A stretch of 64,000 nucleotides of DNA from Mytilus trossulus (GCF_036588685.1 NC_086373.1:6014001-6078000); one strand, 5' to 3'; numbered from the stretch's first letter, positions 1 through 12,389 are shown. Translations and numbers: made by a program. The notes: generated from the letters alone by a model not told the origin.

Positions 1-222
1 TGACAAGTCTGCCACATTTTGTCAAGCATGCTACATTTTGCCTGACACATTTTGTCAAGCCTGCCACATATTGTCAAGTCTGCCACATTTTGTCAAGTCT
101 GCCACATTTTTGTCAAGTCTGCCACATTTTTGTCAAGTCTGCCACATTTTTGTCAAGTCTGCCACATTTTGTCAAGTCTGCTACATTTTGCCTGATACAT
201 TTTGTCAAGTCTGCCACATTTA
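1..222. repeat. Minisatellite, ~19-21 bp unit (TTTGTCAAGTCTGCCACATT), ~11 copies, cut by the window start
   Basis: The unit is directly visible in tandem and explains the repetitive ORFs 38..241 and 90..287. Confidence 0.95.
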
Positions 223-789
223 TGTCATGGAAGCCAGATAAAAGCAAGTCTAAAATATGCTGGTGTTCATGTTTAGGTTCATTATAGTGTAGTTCAAGAT
301 TTTTATAACATCAATAATTTTAATTTTATACAAATATTTTAACAGACATTTAATGATGTTTTTATATTAGAATGTGGAATAGAAAGTCCCTGAACAAATA
401 ATTTTTTTTTTTAATTTATTTTGTTGATAAAATTAAATATTCAATTACATGTATAATCATTTATGACTGCCTGTCTATTAACCTTCTGATAAACCCTTCC
501 CAAACACTTGAAAGTATGAGGGCCCCTGTATTGCCAGTGTTTTGTATTTGGAATAAATAACAGGAAACACAAATGTGAATAATTTATGGATTTGATTATA
601 TTGTTGTTGTTGTTTCTGTTTGTCATTCTGTATGTCCCCTTCTGACCAGAGGGTTGGAGGAAGGGGGAGGTTTGGAATTAAGAGCTTCTATTTAAATCAT
701 GATGTCAATTGACTTAAAATGTTTTGTGTATTGTGACATGCAATAACTATTTTTAAACAGATATTTATTTTAAAGATTTCTTTTAACAG

Positions 790-843
790 GTTGAACTTGC
801 TAAATCCTTGAAAGTTGAACCAATGAAAATTATACCAGGATGA
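790..843 (+). CDS. Possible terminal coding exon of an upstream gene (VELAKSLKVEPMKIIPG*)
   Basis: Pyrimidine-rich acceptor ttttaacag| at 789, 17 open codons to TGA, then a long AT-rich UTR-like region. Peptide not recognised. Confidence 0.25.
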   Translation, partial: VELAKSLKVEPMKIIPG

Positions 844-1109
844 ATGGGCTGGATTAAAAATGAAAATGAAGAATTAAAATGACAACTTTATGATTAAAAT
901 AATTATTTGTGCAATTGATTTTCTGTGATAATGTGCTCATAACGTAATTGTTTACAAAAATTATAATATAGTTAACTCAACATCTATGTTTTTTTTTAAA
1001 ACTTTTTATGTAAGATTTTAATCTAAATGATGTTATAAAAGATGTTGTATTTGTATAGTATACACCTAACACCTGACATCACCATCTATAACCTGAGTGG
1101 GATCTGAAG

Positions 1110-1244
1110 TCTGAATTATACAATTACATTTTATATACACATTCACAAATAAGATTCAGAAACAAGCAATAACATAAACACTTGTTGCTTGTTTCTGAAT
1201 CCTACTTGTGAATATGTATATAGAATTTAAATGTATAATTCAGA
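1110..1244. repeat. Imperfect fold-back palindrome (MITE-like)
   Basis: TCTGAATTATACA...GATTCAGAAACAAGCAA pairs with TTGCTTGTTTCTGAATC...TGTATAATTCAGA. Confidence 0.75.
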
Positions 1245-1433
1245 TTTTCAAATTAAGATATTGTTTACACTTATCCTGAGGAGCAATAATTTTTATAAAT
1301 GATCATGAATCATGACAAAATAAATAATAACTTTAGCAATTGTTGTTGCCAATTATATTGCCATAAATATCCATGCCTAAGTCTTGTATCAAAGACCTTT
1401 ATGAGACAAACTTACTGTCTATTATTAAGGTAG

Positions 1434-1794
1434 TTATTGCAAACCCAATTGAACCTTTCCATAGATTCACCTGATAGTTACCTGTCCATTAATCTATCAG
1501 AGTAAAAAATCTATCTGCTAAATTGATAGAAATTACATGTTTCAATTTTCTTTTGGAAATAGGAATAATGTTGATTTTTTTCAGAAACCAACTTTTATTA
1601 ATGTTTGAATCAGTGTTTACATTCAACAGATTAAAAATATTATACATTTTAACTCATATACAGTTTTTTTTAAATAGTAAACATGTTATTTTTATCTAAT
1701 TTAGCAGACACATTTTTTACTCTGGTAGATAAGTTTAAATGGACAGGTAACTATCAGGTGAATCTATGGAGAGGTTCAATTGGGTTTGCAATAA
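1434..1794. mobile_element. MITE-like element with ~58-bp terminal inverted repeats
   Basis: TTATTGCAAACCCAATTGAACCTTTCCATAGATTCACCTGATAGTTACCTGTCCATT (1434-1490) is the near-perfect reverse complement of 1738-1794. Confidence 0.8.
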
Positions 1795-2419
1795 TATGAT
1801 AGATTTTTGTCAGTAAAAATATTAAAAAAAAAATAATCTGACAATTATATGTATGATGGCTAATGTGTGTTTTCTAACAATCAGAGTAATATAGTGGATA
1901 AATCTGTGCTGAAATATATATAAGAAAACATGACAGAAATTAAATTGTATGCATATTGTTGCTTTGATAAAATTAACTCAATGATTTAAATGTACAAAAT
2001 TCTGTTCATTTACATTCTATTTGTTACAGTTTTATTGGTTACATTTTGATATTTATATACAAAAGATGATTTTATTTTCATATGCATTTTGGAAGGTATG
2101 AAACTTGAAATAAATGATTATATAAAAAACAAATTGTTGTTGCTTTTATACAGAAGTATATAGAAGGAAAGAGAATTCAGTTAATGTATAAGAGACGAAA
2201 GATTCTGTGATGGTCTTTAAAGTACAACACAATTATAGGCCAGAAAATGATGAAACTTTTTATTTCATTTTCATAAAGTCTAAACAAACACAAGTATTAG
2301 TGGACATTAAAGTTCTTCCTTATTTCAATAAGGAATTGGAACTGACCCCCCCCCCCCATATCCCCCTCCAAAAACCAAAACAACAACAAAAAAATCCACC
2401 ACTTTGTTAATGGTTTCAG

Positions 2420-3318
2420 TATAAGCTTGAGAATATATATAGTTTACAGTTCCCAGGTATAAGCTGGAGCATATATATATATTGTATACACTTCCCAGGT
2501 ATAAGCTAGAGCATATATATATATTGTATACACTTCCCAGGTATAAGCTGGAGCATATATATTGTATACAGTTCCCAGGTATAAGCTGGAGCATATAGAT
2601 ATTGTATACACTTCCGAGGTATAAGCTGGAGCATATATATATTGTATACACTTCCCAGGTATAAGCTGGAGCATATATATATGATGTATACAGTTCCCAG
2701 GTATAAGCTGGAGCATATTTATATTATATACACTTCCCAGGTATAAGCTGGAGCATATATATATTGTATACAGTTCCCAGGTATAAGCTGGAGCATATAT
2801 ATATATTGTATACACTTCCCAGGTATAAGCTGGAGCATATATATAATGTATACACTTCCCAGGTATAAGCTGGAGCATATATATATATATATTGTATACA
2901 CTTCCCAGGTATAAGCTGGAGCATATATATATTGTATACAGTTCCCAGGTATAAGCTGGAGAATATATATTTTGTATACAGTTCCCAGGTATAAGCGGGA
3001 GCATATATATATTGTATACAGTTCCCAGGTATAAGCTGGAGCATATATATATTGTATACACTTCCCAGGTATAAGCTGGAGCATATATATATTGTATACA
3101 CTTCCCAGGTATAAGCTGGAGCATATATATATTGTATACACTTCCCAGGTATAAGCTGGAGCATATATATTGTATACAGTTCCCAGGTATAAGCTGGAGC
3201 ATATATATTGTATACAGTTCCCAGGTATAAGCTGGAGCATATATACATATATTGTATACACTTCCCAGGTATAAGCTGGTGCATATATATAATGTATACA
3301 GTTCCCAGGTATAAGCTG
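2420..3318. repeat. Minisatellite, ~38-46 bp unit (TATACA[C/G]TTCCCAGGTATAAGCTGGAGCA(TA)nTTG), ~22 copies
   Basis: Tandem units with a variable internal (TA)n; source of the spurious minus-strand ORFs at 2325-3399. Confidence 0.97.
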
Positions 3319-4209
3319 ATATAAAAGACCAAGAAATGTCAACTTCCAGTAAATACAAAGTTTGATTAAAAAAATTATTTTACTGATGAATGGATTCAAT
3401 TGTTATTCTGTACTAGTTTAGCAGCGAAAATAAATCAATTCTTCTAAGTGAAAAGAGATGTGGTATGAGTGCCAAATGATATAACTTTCAGTGCAAGTTG
3501 CAAAGTGTAAAAAGTAAAAAATTATAGGTCAAAGTATGGTCTTTAACAAGGAGCATTGGCTCACACTGAACGAGTAGGGGTGTCAATACTTAATTGATAG
3601 ATGCGTTTGGTTCTTTTGCCCACCCTTTTCATATATTTTAGATTTTGAAAGTGCATACCTTTATGTGAAAATGTAACCTGTCCTATATTGTTTGTGTGTT
3701 GTGTTGTTAAATTTAAAAATGGACAACCAAAATCTCAAAAGAGCAAATTGGTTCAGAAAAACACAGCTAGTAACAAGGAGAAAGATGGCAGACAAAGAAG
3801 TTACAAATACTAATTATTTGTGTCTGAACCACAATCTTATTGTTTTATTTCAACAAATAGTTGGTTATTGTTTATTCTTGAGCAACTCAAATATTCCAGT
3901 ACATATAAACATGGAGCTTTGACATCTCTTTGACTGTTGGTATCTGTTAATAAGGGAACGACAATTTGATTTGACAGAGGACGGGTAATTTGGAAATAAA
4001 ATGTATAAAAAAGCCACATGTACTTTTCTTTTTGAATTCATCATGCTCTGGTTTTATTTTTTTTATTTTACATGACAAGGAAAAGTATTTATACATTTAT
4101 AATATCTATACAAAAGATTTTGTTACCGGTTCCTTCTATCTATAAAACAGTGTAGTATTAAACAGGCATTTATAGAGCCAACATTGTACGAAATTAACCT
4201 GATCGAAGA

Positions 4210-4896
4210 CTAGAATAAAAAATTTGTAAGGGTTCCGCGGAACCCAGTGTCTCGCCTACTTTTGCTGTAAATTGCATGCTCAACCAAAATGAGGAAAAAA
4301 ATCAATAAAAATATTCCTCTTGATACTATCTTATGACTGTAAGAAGCTTCTGTCCAAGTTTGATAAAAATCTAGGATAGTTAATGAATCTAATAAATGTT
4401 TTGAAAACTTTAACTGCAGACTGTATGTAATGTTAACTGGAAGAAAATCTAAGTCCATTTAAAAGTAAAATACAGAAAAAATGGAGTTATCTTTTTACAA
4501 AATTTACTTCTGGATACTATCTTATGATCATAAGCTTCTGTCCAAATTTGGTACAAACCCAGGATAGTTTAAGAAAGTTACTAAAATTTTAAAAACTTTA
4601 ACCACAGAGTGAATGTAATGTATCCCCGCAGAAAAACCAAGTCCATTTAAAAGTCAAATACGGAAAAAATGGATTTTTTTTTACAAAATTTACTTCTGGA
4701 TACTATCTTATGATCATAAACAAGCTTCTGTCCAAGTTTGGTAGAAATCCAGTATAGTTTAAGAAAGTTATTAAAATTTCAAAAACTTTAACCACAGAGT
4801 GAATATTTGTTGACGCCGCCGACGACACCGACGACGACGGAATGCAGGATCGCTTAGTCTCGCTTTTTCGACTAAAGTCGAAGGCTCGACAAAAAG
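4210..4896 (+). mobile_element. Non-autonomous Helentron-like (HINE-type) interspersed element with internal ~180-bp tandem repeats
   Basis: GTCTCGC motif near both ends; three internal repeats of GATACTATCTTATGA...AAGCTTCTGTCCAAGTTTG; (GAC/GCC)n microsatellite; 3' hairpin TTCGACTAAAGTCGAA followed by an A-run. This is the usual bivalve HINE layout. Confidence 0.65.
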
Positions 4897-5170
4897 CACG
4901 ACTTAACTATGATAGTTTAAGCAGATAGTATTTAATTATTATGTAAAAATCACCAATAAATGGCAATTTTAGACATGAATATCAATAATGTGGTCTTTTT
5001 TTTTTTATAATTTTTCTGTTTACAAAACTTTGAATTTTTCATAAAACGAAGGATTTTCTTAACCCTGGCATAGATTACCTTACCCGTATTTGGCACAACT
5101 TTTTTGGAATTTTGGATTAAATGCTCTTCAACTTTGTACATGTTTGGCTTTATATATATTTTGATATGAG

Positions 5171-5212
5171 CGTCACTGATGAGTCTTTCGTAGACGAAAC
5201 GCTCGTCGGGTG
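5171..5212 (+). ncRNA. Minimal type-I hammerhead ribozyme (slightly degenerate) within a retrozyme-like repeat (~4960-5250)
   Basis: CGTCA-CTGATGA-GTC-TTTCGTA-GAC-GAAAC-GCTC-GTC-GGGTG. Confidence 0.7.
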
Positions 5213-5395
5213 TACTAAATTATAATCATGGTACCTTTGATAACTATTTATCTCCTTTGAGTAGTCGACTGAAATTGCTGGCGAAATTTCTGCCTGTAAT
5301 AGTTTTCCAAGATAAAATGCAAATCTAACTTCATAAGGAAATGTCGCAGACAGTTTCGATAAATATGGACAGTATATCTCAACATTTTAACATTT

Positions 5396-5738
5396 CAGTC
5401 AGATTTCTCTATACGGCTATTTTGCCAGACGAGATGATCCCACGGCCCCAGCTTGTCTGGCAAAACAGCCGTTGGACGTCAGAGGAATCTCGGACTATCC
5501 CACGGCCCCAGCTTGTCTGGCAAAACAGCCGTTGGACGTCAGAGGAATCTCGGACTATCCCACGGCCCCAGCTTGTCTGGCAAAACAGCCGTTGGACGTC
5601 AGAGGAATCTCTGACTATCCCACGGCCCCAGCTTGTCTGGCAAAACAGCCGTTGGACGTCAGAGGAATCTGGGACTATCCCACGGCCCCAGCTTGTCTAG
5701 CAAAACAGCAGTTGGACGTCAGAGGAATCTCGGACTAT
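5396..5738. repeat. 60-bp tandem repeat (5 copies) derived from the right arm of a fold-back element
   Basis: Unit ATCCCACGGCCCCAGCTTGTCTGGCAAAACAGCCGTTGGACGTCAGAGGAATCTCGGACT; 5396-5433 is a diverged reverse complement of the unit. Confidence 0.92.
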
Positions 5739-5999
5739 TTAAAACTAGATCTCAAATGGTGTTTGTGGCAAAGTTTGTTACTAAGTAGCCCTAAACAGTT
5801 TTAGAGGGGAAGGTTTTTGTAAAGGTTAACCGACGACGAACAAGTGATACTAATTCGTGTCAGATGAGCTTGAAATGGGTCGTGCCTCACGTGTTGTTGC
5901 CGACAGTGTGGTTTAAGATAAAAAGTTTATATTTTGTAACTTTCAGAAATTTGTGTATATAACCATGTTATAAAGAACTGTCCATTAGATTGACTCAAA

Positions 6000-6235
6000 T
6001 TCTGTCCGCAGTGAAAGAGGGTCTTTAGAAATACTGTGAAACGATTTACTCGCGTAGGGGTATTATATAACCATATGTGGAATCTTCAAAATTCTAAAGA
6101 ACTCCTGGATAATTTTAAATCTCGGTCTGTTTCTGAAATTAGTTCTAACATAACTTTTGATTTTTTAAACCTGTGTGCCACCATTTGCCATGTGAAAATC
6201 AAATTATATTGTTTTTGGAAAATACTCTGAACCAC
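6000..6235 (+). pseudogene. Penelope-like element reverse transcriptase fragment
   Basis: Translation NHMWNLQNSKELLDNFKSRS...ITFDFLNLCATICHVKIK resembles the PLE RT motif 'MWILKNSKELL...TFDFSTLYTTIPH'. Confidence 0.65.
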
Positions 6236-6456
6236 AAAATTTATTCCTACGTGACGTTTACATTTTCTGACGTTAAGCATGCGAAGCAATGAATGTGGTT
6301 TTAAATTTGATAGATGCTTTTTGTGCTGTTTGTTAAATATTTGTTTGTTTTGAGAATATTGTGGCATAGTGATGACTGCTGTACCCATATTTTGGGTCCT
6401 CAATGCTCTTCAACTTTGTCATGATTTGTTCGGCTTTAAAACTGGTTTGATCTGAG

Positions 6457-6498
6457 CGTTACTGATGAGTATTATGTAGACGAAATGCGCGTCTGGCG
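6457..6498 (+). ncRNA. Degenerate minimal hammerhead ribozyme in a retrozyme-like repeat
   Basis: CGTTA-CTGATGA-GTATTATGTAGAC-GAAAT-GCGC-GTC-TGGCG. Confidence 0.6.
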
Positions 6499-6884
6499 TT
6501 TTAAATTATAACCCTGGTACCTTTGATAACTATTGACTATTTAACCTAGTATGTCTGTTTTGTTCACGTGTCGATGTAAATATAATTTAATTTGATGCGA
6601 CTGTCATACAAGTGAGAGGTTAAGCGTAATAAAACCAGGTTCAATCCACCATTTTCTACATTTGAAAATGCCTGTACCAAGTCAGGAATATGGCGGTTGC
6701 TGTCCATTCGTTTGATGTGCTTTATCTTTTGATTTTGCCATTTGATTATGGACTTTTCGTTTTGAATTTTCATCGGAGTTCATTTTTTTTGTGATTTTAC
6801 TTTTTAGTTGTAATGTTTGAAAATAAAGATATACAAGACAGCAAAACCAAAATCTTTATATTATCTTAAGCCTAGAAATAGTAT

Positions 6885-7495
6885 ATAAAATTGAGAATGG
6901 AAATGGGGAATGTATCAAAGAGACAACAATCCGACCATAGAAAAAACAACAGCAGAAAGTCACCAACAGGTCTTCAATGTAACGAGAAATTCCCGCACCC
7001 TGAGGCGTCCTTCAGCTGGTCCCTAAACAAATATATACTAGTTCAGTGATAATGAACTCCATACTAATTTCCAAATTGTACACAAGAAACTAAAATTAAA
7101 ACAATACAAGACTAACAAAGACCAGAGGCTCCTGACTTGGAACAGGCGCAAAAAATGCGGCGGGGTAAAACATGTTTATGAGATCTCAACCCTCCCCTAT
7201 ACCTCTAGCCCATGTAGAAAAGTAAACGCAAACAATACGTACATTTAAAATTCAATTCAAGAGAAGTCTGAGTCTGTTGTTAGAAGATGTAACCAAAGAA
7301 AATTAACAAAATGACAATTATACATAAATAACAACAGACTACTAGCAGTTAACTGACATACCAGCTCAAGGCTTCAATTAAACTGATTGAAAGATCATGA
7401 TTTCATCATATGAATATCAGGCACAATCCTTCCCGTTAGCGGTTTAGTATCATACCATCATAACATATATGAGAAGAACATTACCCATGTCATAT
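6885..7495 (+). repeat. Interspersed repeat family (ATAAAATTGAGAATGGAAATGGGGAATG...); other copies at ~12670-13550 (+), ~17520-17810 (-), ~20200-20330 (-), ~37895-38105 (+)
   Basis: Copies align by eye within the window; class not determined. Confidence 0.8.
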
Positions 7496-7599
7496 AATAT
7501 GTTCCTGTTTAAACTACATATTGTTAGCTTGGACTCGATATACACACAAATCAAAACGGCACAAAAAAGAGGGGCAAAAATGCTGGAGAGCGTCAGTGG

Positions 7600-7685
7600 T
7601 TTATACGGGAATCGAACCCGTTAAGATTCAAAGAAATGAACTGTTGTGCTATTACAAATACGAAGTAACCACTTGACTAAGCTAA
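7600..7685 (-). mobile_element. tRNA-derived SINE head or degenerate Pol III unit
   Basis: Minus strand has A-box TAGTCAAGTGG and B-box GGTTCGATTCC, but no intact cloverleaf. Confidence 0.45.
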
Positions 7686-8442
7686 CACATTTGTCAACGA
7701 CAAATGAGAGTTTTTAACGACCTTGACTGGCTATACAGACCTTGCACGGTCGGCGTTTATCAAATGATTAGATTACAGTACATATACCTGAGTGAGATCA
7801 CATGTAATTTTTCGTTTAGTTCAACTTTCGTTCACAGACCGGGTTATGTTCACTAATAATTTGTTTGTTTTGCCTTGATGGTAGTTTTTGTAGTTGAAGG
7901 TGTCCGTGTCTTTAAAGATCAACAAAACCTACACACTAAAAATTATCGTGTGTATAATAGCTAAAATCAGAATTGTATAATATGAATACGATTATTTTAA
8001 ACTAAAAGAAAATCACAGAGAAAATCAGAAGCATTTGAAGGGGAATTAGCTACGAAATAATGAAAAAAATGAAGAAAGATTCCTTTTTGTTCACTTTTCA
8101 AAGAAAGTGAAACAGTGAAACATTAATTACTTGTTAGAAGACAGTTTGGTTCAATTCAGGCAAAATAATGTAAGAAACAACGTTAACATCGCTGATGAAT
8201 TATTCACTTGCAAGTGAATAATTCGACCTCATTGAATACTTATTCAAAGGCACTTCATTTTAATCCGAACTGAAATAGAATGATCATATCAATAACATAT
8301 GCAATAAAGCCAATAGGACAAAAGGCTTCCTTAAGTGAAATCTAAACATAGGAGCAACTTCAGTAAATGAAAATGCATACAAAAGCCTCGCAAGACCAAT
8401 AAATAAACTCATCATAGATACCAGGACTAAATTTAGTATATA

Positions 8443-8484
8443 CGCCAGACGCGCGTTTCGTCTACAAAAGACTCATCAGTGACG
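8443..8484 (-). ncRNA. Intact minimal type-I hammerhead ribozyme
   Basis: Minus strand: CGTCA-CTGATGA-GTC-TTTTGTA-GAC-GAAA-CGCGCG-TC-TGGCG, with full catalytic core and GUC cleavage triplet. Confidence 0.85.
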
Positions 8485-8519
8485 CTCGAATCCAAAAAAG
8501 TTAAAAAGGCCAAATAATA

Positions 8520-8885
8520 ATAGAGTATGCAAGTCCAGTATGGGACCCATGATTTAAACCCGAAATAGATCGTTTAGAAATGGATCAGAGAAGAGCAGCA
8601 AGATACGTGTCCAACAAACACCATAATCACTCAAGTGTCAGCAAAATGATTGAGCACCTGGAATGGCCATCCCTAGAAAAAAGCGAAACGACGCTAGGCT
8701 AACTATTCTCTATAAAATAGAACACGACAAAGTGGCTGTAACTAAGGAAGTTCGTCTTATGCAACCAACACGACTGTCGAGGAACATGCACGACAAAAGT
8801 TTCCAAATTCCCGCAAGGAGAAGTGATTAGAGGAAATACTCATTTTTCCCCGAGAACAATCAGGGATTGGAACGCTCTCCCTCAC
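8520..8885 (+). pseudogene. 3' fragment of a CR1/L2-group LINE ORF2
   Basis: EYASPVWDP...IDRLEMDQRRAARYV...SSVSKMIEHLEWPSLE...YSFFPRTIRDWNAL, with stops and frameshifts. Confidence 0.85.
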
Positions 8886-9346
8886 TGACAAAGCTGATCT
8901 AAATTATCAAATTTGGGGGGGGGGGGGGGGGGGGGGGGGGAGAGGGGGGGGGGGGGTCTGACAAACTGAAAACATTTTTTTCTTTCAATTTTAGCATGAC
9001 ATATAGTGGCAGCTTAGGGTGAAACAAACATTTTTTTTTTCTCAGGGTCAAAAAACAAATTATTTTTTTCACAAAAAACTGGAAACAAACTTTTTTTCCC
9101 CAAAAAAAACCATAGCCCCCCTCCCGAAAATCAAATGGTTCCTGCCTTACCAGCAGAAGCAGAAGCAGAACCCTTTATATAAAGATGGGTTATGTATAAT
9201 TTATGCGTGACTGTCCAGTTATCAAAAGGAAAACAAATGTTAATATTGAATGTGAAACAACGATGGGTTAACACTTTAATTGGCTGATTCGACCCACAAA
9301 ACCTCAATTTTATTCAGGTAAAAACGATGATTAGTATGCGTGATTT

Positions 9347-9443
9347 CATCTTCGCTAGCCAAGGGTTACGATCCACTCCCGCGGGAGTGCCCGCTCTCTT
9401 TAAGAAAGCGGGAGTGGATCGTAACCCTTGGCTAGCGAAGATG
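9347..9443. mobile_element. Short MITE / perfect 36-bp inverted repeat
   Basis: CATCTTCGCTAGCCAAGGGTTACGATCCACTCCCGC ... GCGGGAGTGGATCGTAACCCTTGGCTAGCGAAGATG. Confidence 0.85.
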
Positions 9444-10962
9444 GCGTGATTTAACCTATAATATGAAATCAAACAGACATCGAAAAGTTTAATTGAACGA
9501 GTCTATTCATAACTATATGTTTATATCGGGTTAAATGACCGTAGGCAGTCGTCAGAGGTCACCTCAATGGTTACCTAGATGTCTTCTACATACACACGAT
9601 ATGAGTTTTCATTAAAAATTCAGGATTAATGGCTCCAAAGTATGCTAATTTTAAGATTTCCCAAAAGCCAGGAGTTATTTTGGTAGTACCTGTGTTCCCA
9701 AGGTAAGATTTTTCTTAAAGGCAGGTTAAAAATTTGCAGGTAGAAAGGTGATACATGTAAAACTCAGGACATACCTTAAACTTAAGGCAAAACAAAATAG
9801 AAAGCTGTGAAAATTGGTAAATTTGGATGAACAGATAGGGATTTTTAATTGGTGTTTTGACACCTACATAATAAAGAATTTCTAGAATATTTGTTATTGC
9901 AGTTAGTTAAGTTTTTATTCTGCTTCGTTATATTAAATTTTCAAATGTAAAATTGATATGCTCTATCTTATGGAAATTGGCACATGTAGGAAGTAATCTT
10001 TTCATTAGTTGACTTTTGTAGGAGTTATGAGTATTTGAAGCATGCTCAAAAAGGATCTTTACTTGATATTTTTTTTCTACTTCGACCTGTCCTTGGATAA
10101 GACATTTTCGGAGGAAGAATTAATAAAAAAAAAACAATACAGACGATTTTTTTATAGCTCATTTTTCTAGCCCCAACTTCATCATGTCAGGCTATATAAT
10201 TTCTTAATACAATTAGATATTAACATTTTTGTGTGGACAAACTCAAGTAAGAAAGTAATATGAATAAAACCATACGAATAGTACTTGAATGCAGGTTCTC
10301 AGATACCATTTTCCATAGTGATATCACATTATCCAGAAATGCACAAAATCAAAGATGTGGAACCTAATTCATCATAATTATTGCAATGAGTGTGTCCTCC
10401 ATGACAGTCTTGAACATTAAAACTAATATTAAATAAAATGGTTAGTATTGGGTTCAGGTTGACTGTCATTGTGCACAACAGTTTAATATAGAACCCTATG
10501 GACAAAAACTCTTTTTGTCAGAAAACACTGTAAAACTGATAAGTGTTCACACTTTTTGGATTTTATAAAATATGTCTATGTCTGAACCGTTCGCCCTTCG
10601 CTGTCGTGTAAAAAACGACATAAAATAAAACAAAATCACTCAACATAGTCCTTAAAGAATCGGAGACAAATACACTCAAATTTGACATCGCCTTCTATTT
10701 AACTTCTGAAATGTGCTATCGTTACTTGAGATTTAACTATGAAAATCGCAACTCCTTAACATTATGCCACCTCTGGTATATAGTCAAATAAAACAAAGGA
10801 CACAATTATGTAAGGTTAATAGGTGGGTCAGATTTATAAAGATTGCTGTGAAACACGCCTACTAAGATATCGGAATCATAGTAAACAGGAACTGACCGTC
10901 TTTTATTGGGACTGGTGTAAACAAAACAGGTGCCAGTGGAATTATCTTTGGTGACAAATCTG

Positions 10963-10972
10963 TATATAAATA
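10963..10972 (+). promoter_or_regulatory. TATA box of VWA gene copy 1 (paralogous box at ~14416-14425 for copy 2)
   Basis: TATATAAATA ~55-70 bp upstream of the first ATGs, conserved in both duplicates. Confidence 0.6.
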
Positions 10973-11015
10973 AGTATACTATTCTTGTGCAAGTCATTAC
11001 ATGATATAAACCAAT

Positions 11016-12389
11016 ATGGTACACAACATTATGAATCCACTTGGTAAAATGGTTATGGCTTTGTTGTTGTTTGTAACCCCCGTAGAATCAATGGCTGTCA
11101 ATGGTTTAAATCAACAAGTACAACGGGACATTGGGGCCATCGGCGCTGGTGGACAAGCACTGGATTTAGCCTTTGTTATGGACTGTACTGGGAGCATGGG
11201 ATCGTATATAGATACCGCCAGAAAACATATTCAGGCTATTGTTGACGAAATTGTGACTTCTTCTAACACCACCGTTCGCTTAGCTTTGATTGAATATCGA
11301 GATCATCCTCCAGAGGATAATACCTTTGTTACAAAAACATATAATTTCACAGATTCCGTGTTCATGATGAAAATTTGGCTAAATGCTGCGCGCGCCTCTG
11401 GAGGTGGTGATGGTCCCGAGGCAGTGGCTGAAGCTTTGTTTAAAGCCACGAAACTGTCATGGCGTCCCGAGGCTACCAAAATAACTGTTCTGATTTCTGA
11501 TGCACCTCCCCATGGACTTGTTCCGTCACAAGACAGTTCGTTCCCCAACGGATCTCCTACTGGGCACGATCCAATGAAGATAGTTCGTGACTTAGCTCAA
11601 ATGGGGGTGACCTTATATGTTATTGGTTGTGAACCCGCTATACTTCCATATAAAGACTTTTTCATGGCACTTGACTATTTGGCCGGTGGGCAATACGTAC
11701 CTCTGTCGAGACCAGAGCTTCTAGTAGATGTTATAACAGGCGGGGCTAAAGAAGAACTATCGATTCAGAAATTCGAAAAACTTGTGAATGCTGAGGTCCA
11801 GAAAGCTATTGCAGCAGGAGGCACTGTTGATAAACAAAAAATTTCACAAACTATATATAACCAGCTAGTAAATACGGGAGCAACGTCAACTCATTTGTTA
11901 TTAAACAACGCAACGTTAGAAGGCACAACTGATGCTGCAAAACAAATAGCATCGGCTACATCTATGGCGGAAGTGCGACTTCATTTTCATATGGCCACTG
12001 CAAAACCTGTCTTTTATCCAACATATGTTCCAGGACACGGCGTTTATCCAACGTATGCTCCAGGACACGCTTATCTTTCAGGGACGTTTGCACCTCGTCC
12101 TACACTTGGTCCAATATACACTTATCCGCCAGGATATACGGGGAAGACTTTTCCACCAACTCTACTACCAACTTTCGCTCGATATCTTACTCCAGGTCCA
12201 GGATACACATATCCACCTTTTAAACCAGCTGTTTTAACAGGATCAGGAGGCTCCGGTTCTGGAACAGGCACAGGAGCTTTAACAGGAACGGGAGGATCCG
12301 GTTCCGGTACCGGGGACACATATAGTGCTGTTCATTCGGGAATTAGTATCGATCAAGTCGATAGATTAGTACAGAAAGCTTTTGGTTGA
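11016..12389 (+). CDS. Intronless secreted von Willebrand factor A (VWA) domain protein with Tyr/Pro/Thr/His-rich repeats and Gly/Ser/Thr linker, copy 1
   Basis: 457-aa ORF. Hydrophobic N-terminus MVMALLLFVTPVES (true start probably 11031 or 11049). VWA beta-A/MIDAS LDLAFVMDCTGSMG, then EYRDH, GGGDGPEA and ISDAPPHG (vwkA-like VWA subtype). YPTY(A/V)PGH repeats. AATAAA downstream at ~12445. Confidence 0.9.
   Translation: MVHNIMNPLGKMVMALLLFVTPVESMAVNGLNQQVQRDIGAIGAGGQALDLAFVMDCTGSMGSYIDTARKHIQAIVDEIVTSSNTTVRLALIEYRDHPPEDNTFVTKTYNFTDSVFMMKIWLNAARASGGGDGPEAVAEALFKATKLSWRPEATKITVLISDAPPHGLVPSQDSSFPNGSPTGHDPMKIVRDLAQMGVTLYVIGCEPAILPYKDFFMALDYLAGGQYVPLSRPELLVDVITGGAKEELSIQKFEKLVNAEVQKAIAAGGTVDKQKISQTIYNQLVNTGATSTHLLLNNATLEGTTDAAKQIASATSMAEVRLHFHMATAKPVFYPTYVPGHGVYPTYAPGHAYLSGTFAPRPTLGPIYTYPPGYTGKTFPPTLLPTFARYLTPGPGYTYPPFKPAVLTGSGGSGSGTGTGALTGTGGSGSGTGDTYSAVHSGISIDQVDRLVQKAFG

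Noticed and set aside
2420-3318. CRISPR-like regular repeat array
   Set aside because: No unique spacers (only (TA)n length varies), no cas genes, eukaryotic context.
2325-3399. Long minus-strand ORFs of 108-304 aa
   Set aside because: They are translations of a ~40-bp minisatellite, open in several frames with no protein-like features.
3692-3922. Possible THAP-like or other coding fragment
   Set aside because: Only a vague W...LCxxH resemblance, no convincing splice sites or further motifs.
5341-5804. ORFs with 20-aa repeats
   Set aside because: By-product of the 60-bp tandem repeat.
7600-7685. tRNA gene
   Set aside because: A and B boxes are present but there is no acceptor or anticodon stem; treated as a SINE-like head.
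8913-8956. Poly-G tract as a functional G-quadruplex
   Set aside because: Homopolymer inside repeat DNA; length is unreliable and nothing supports a function.
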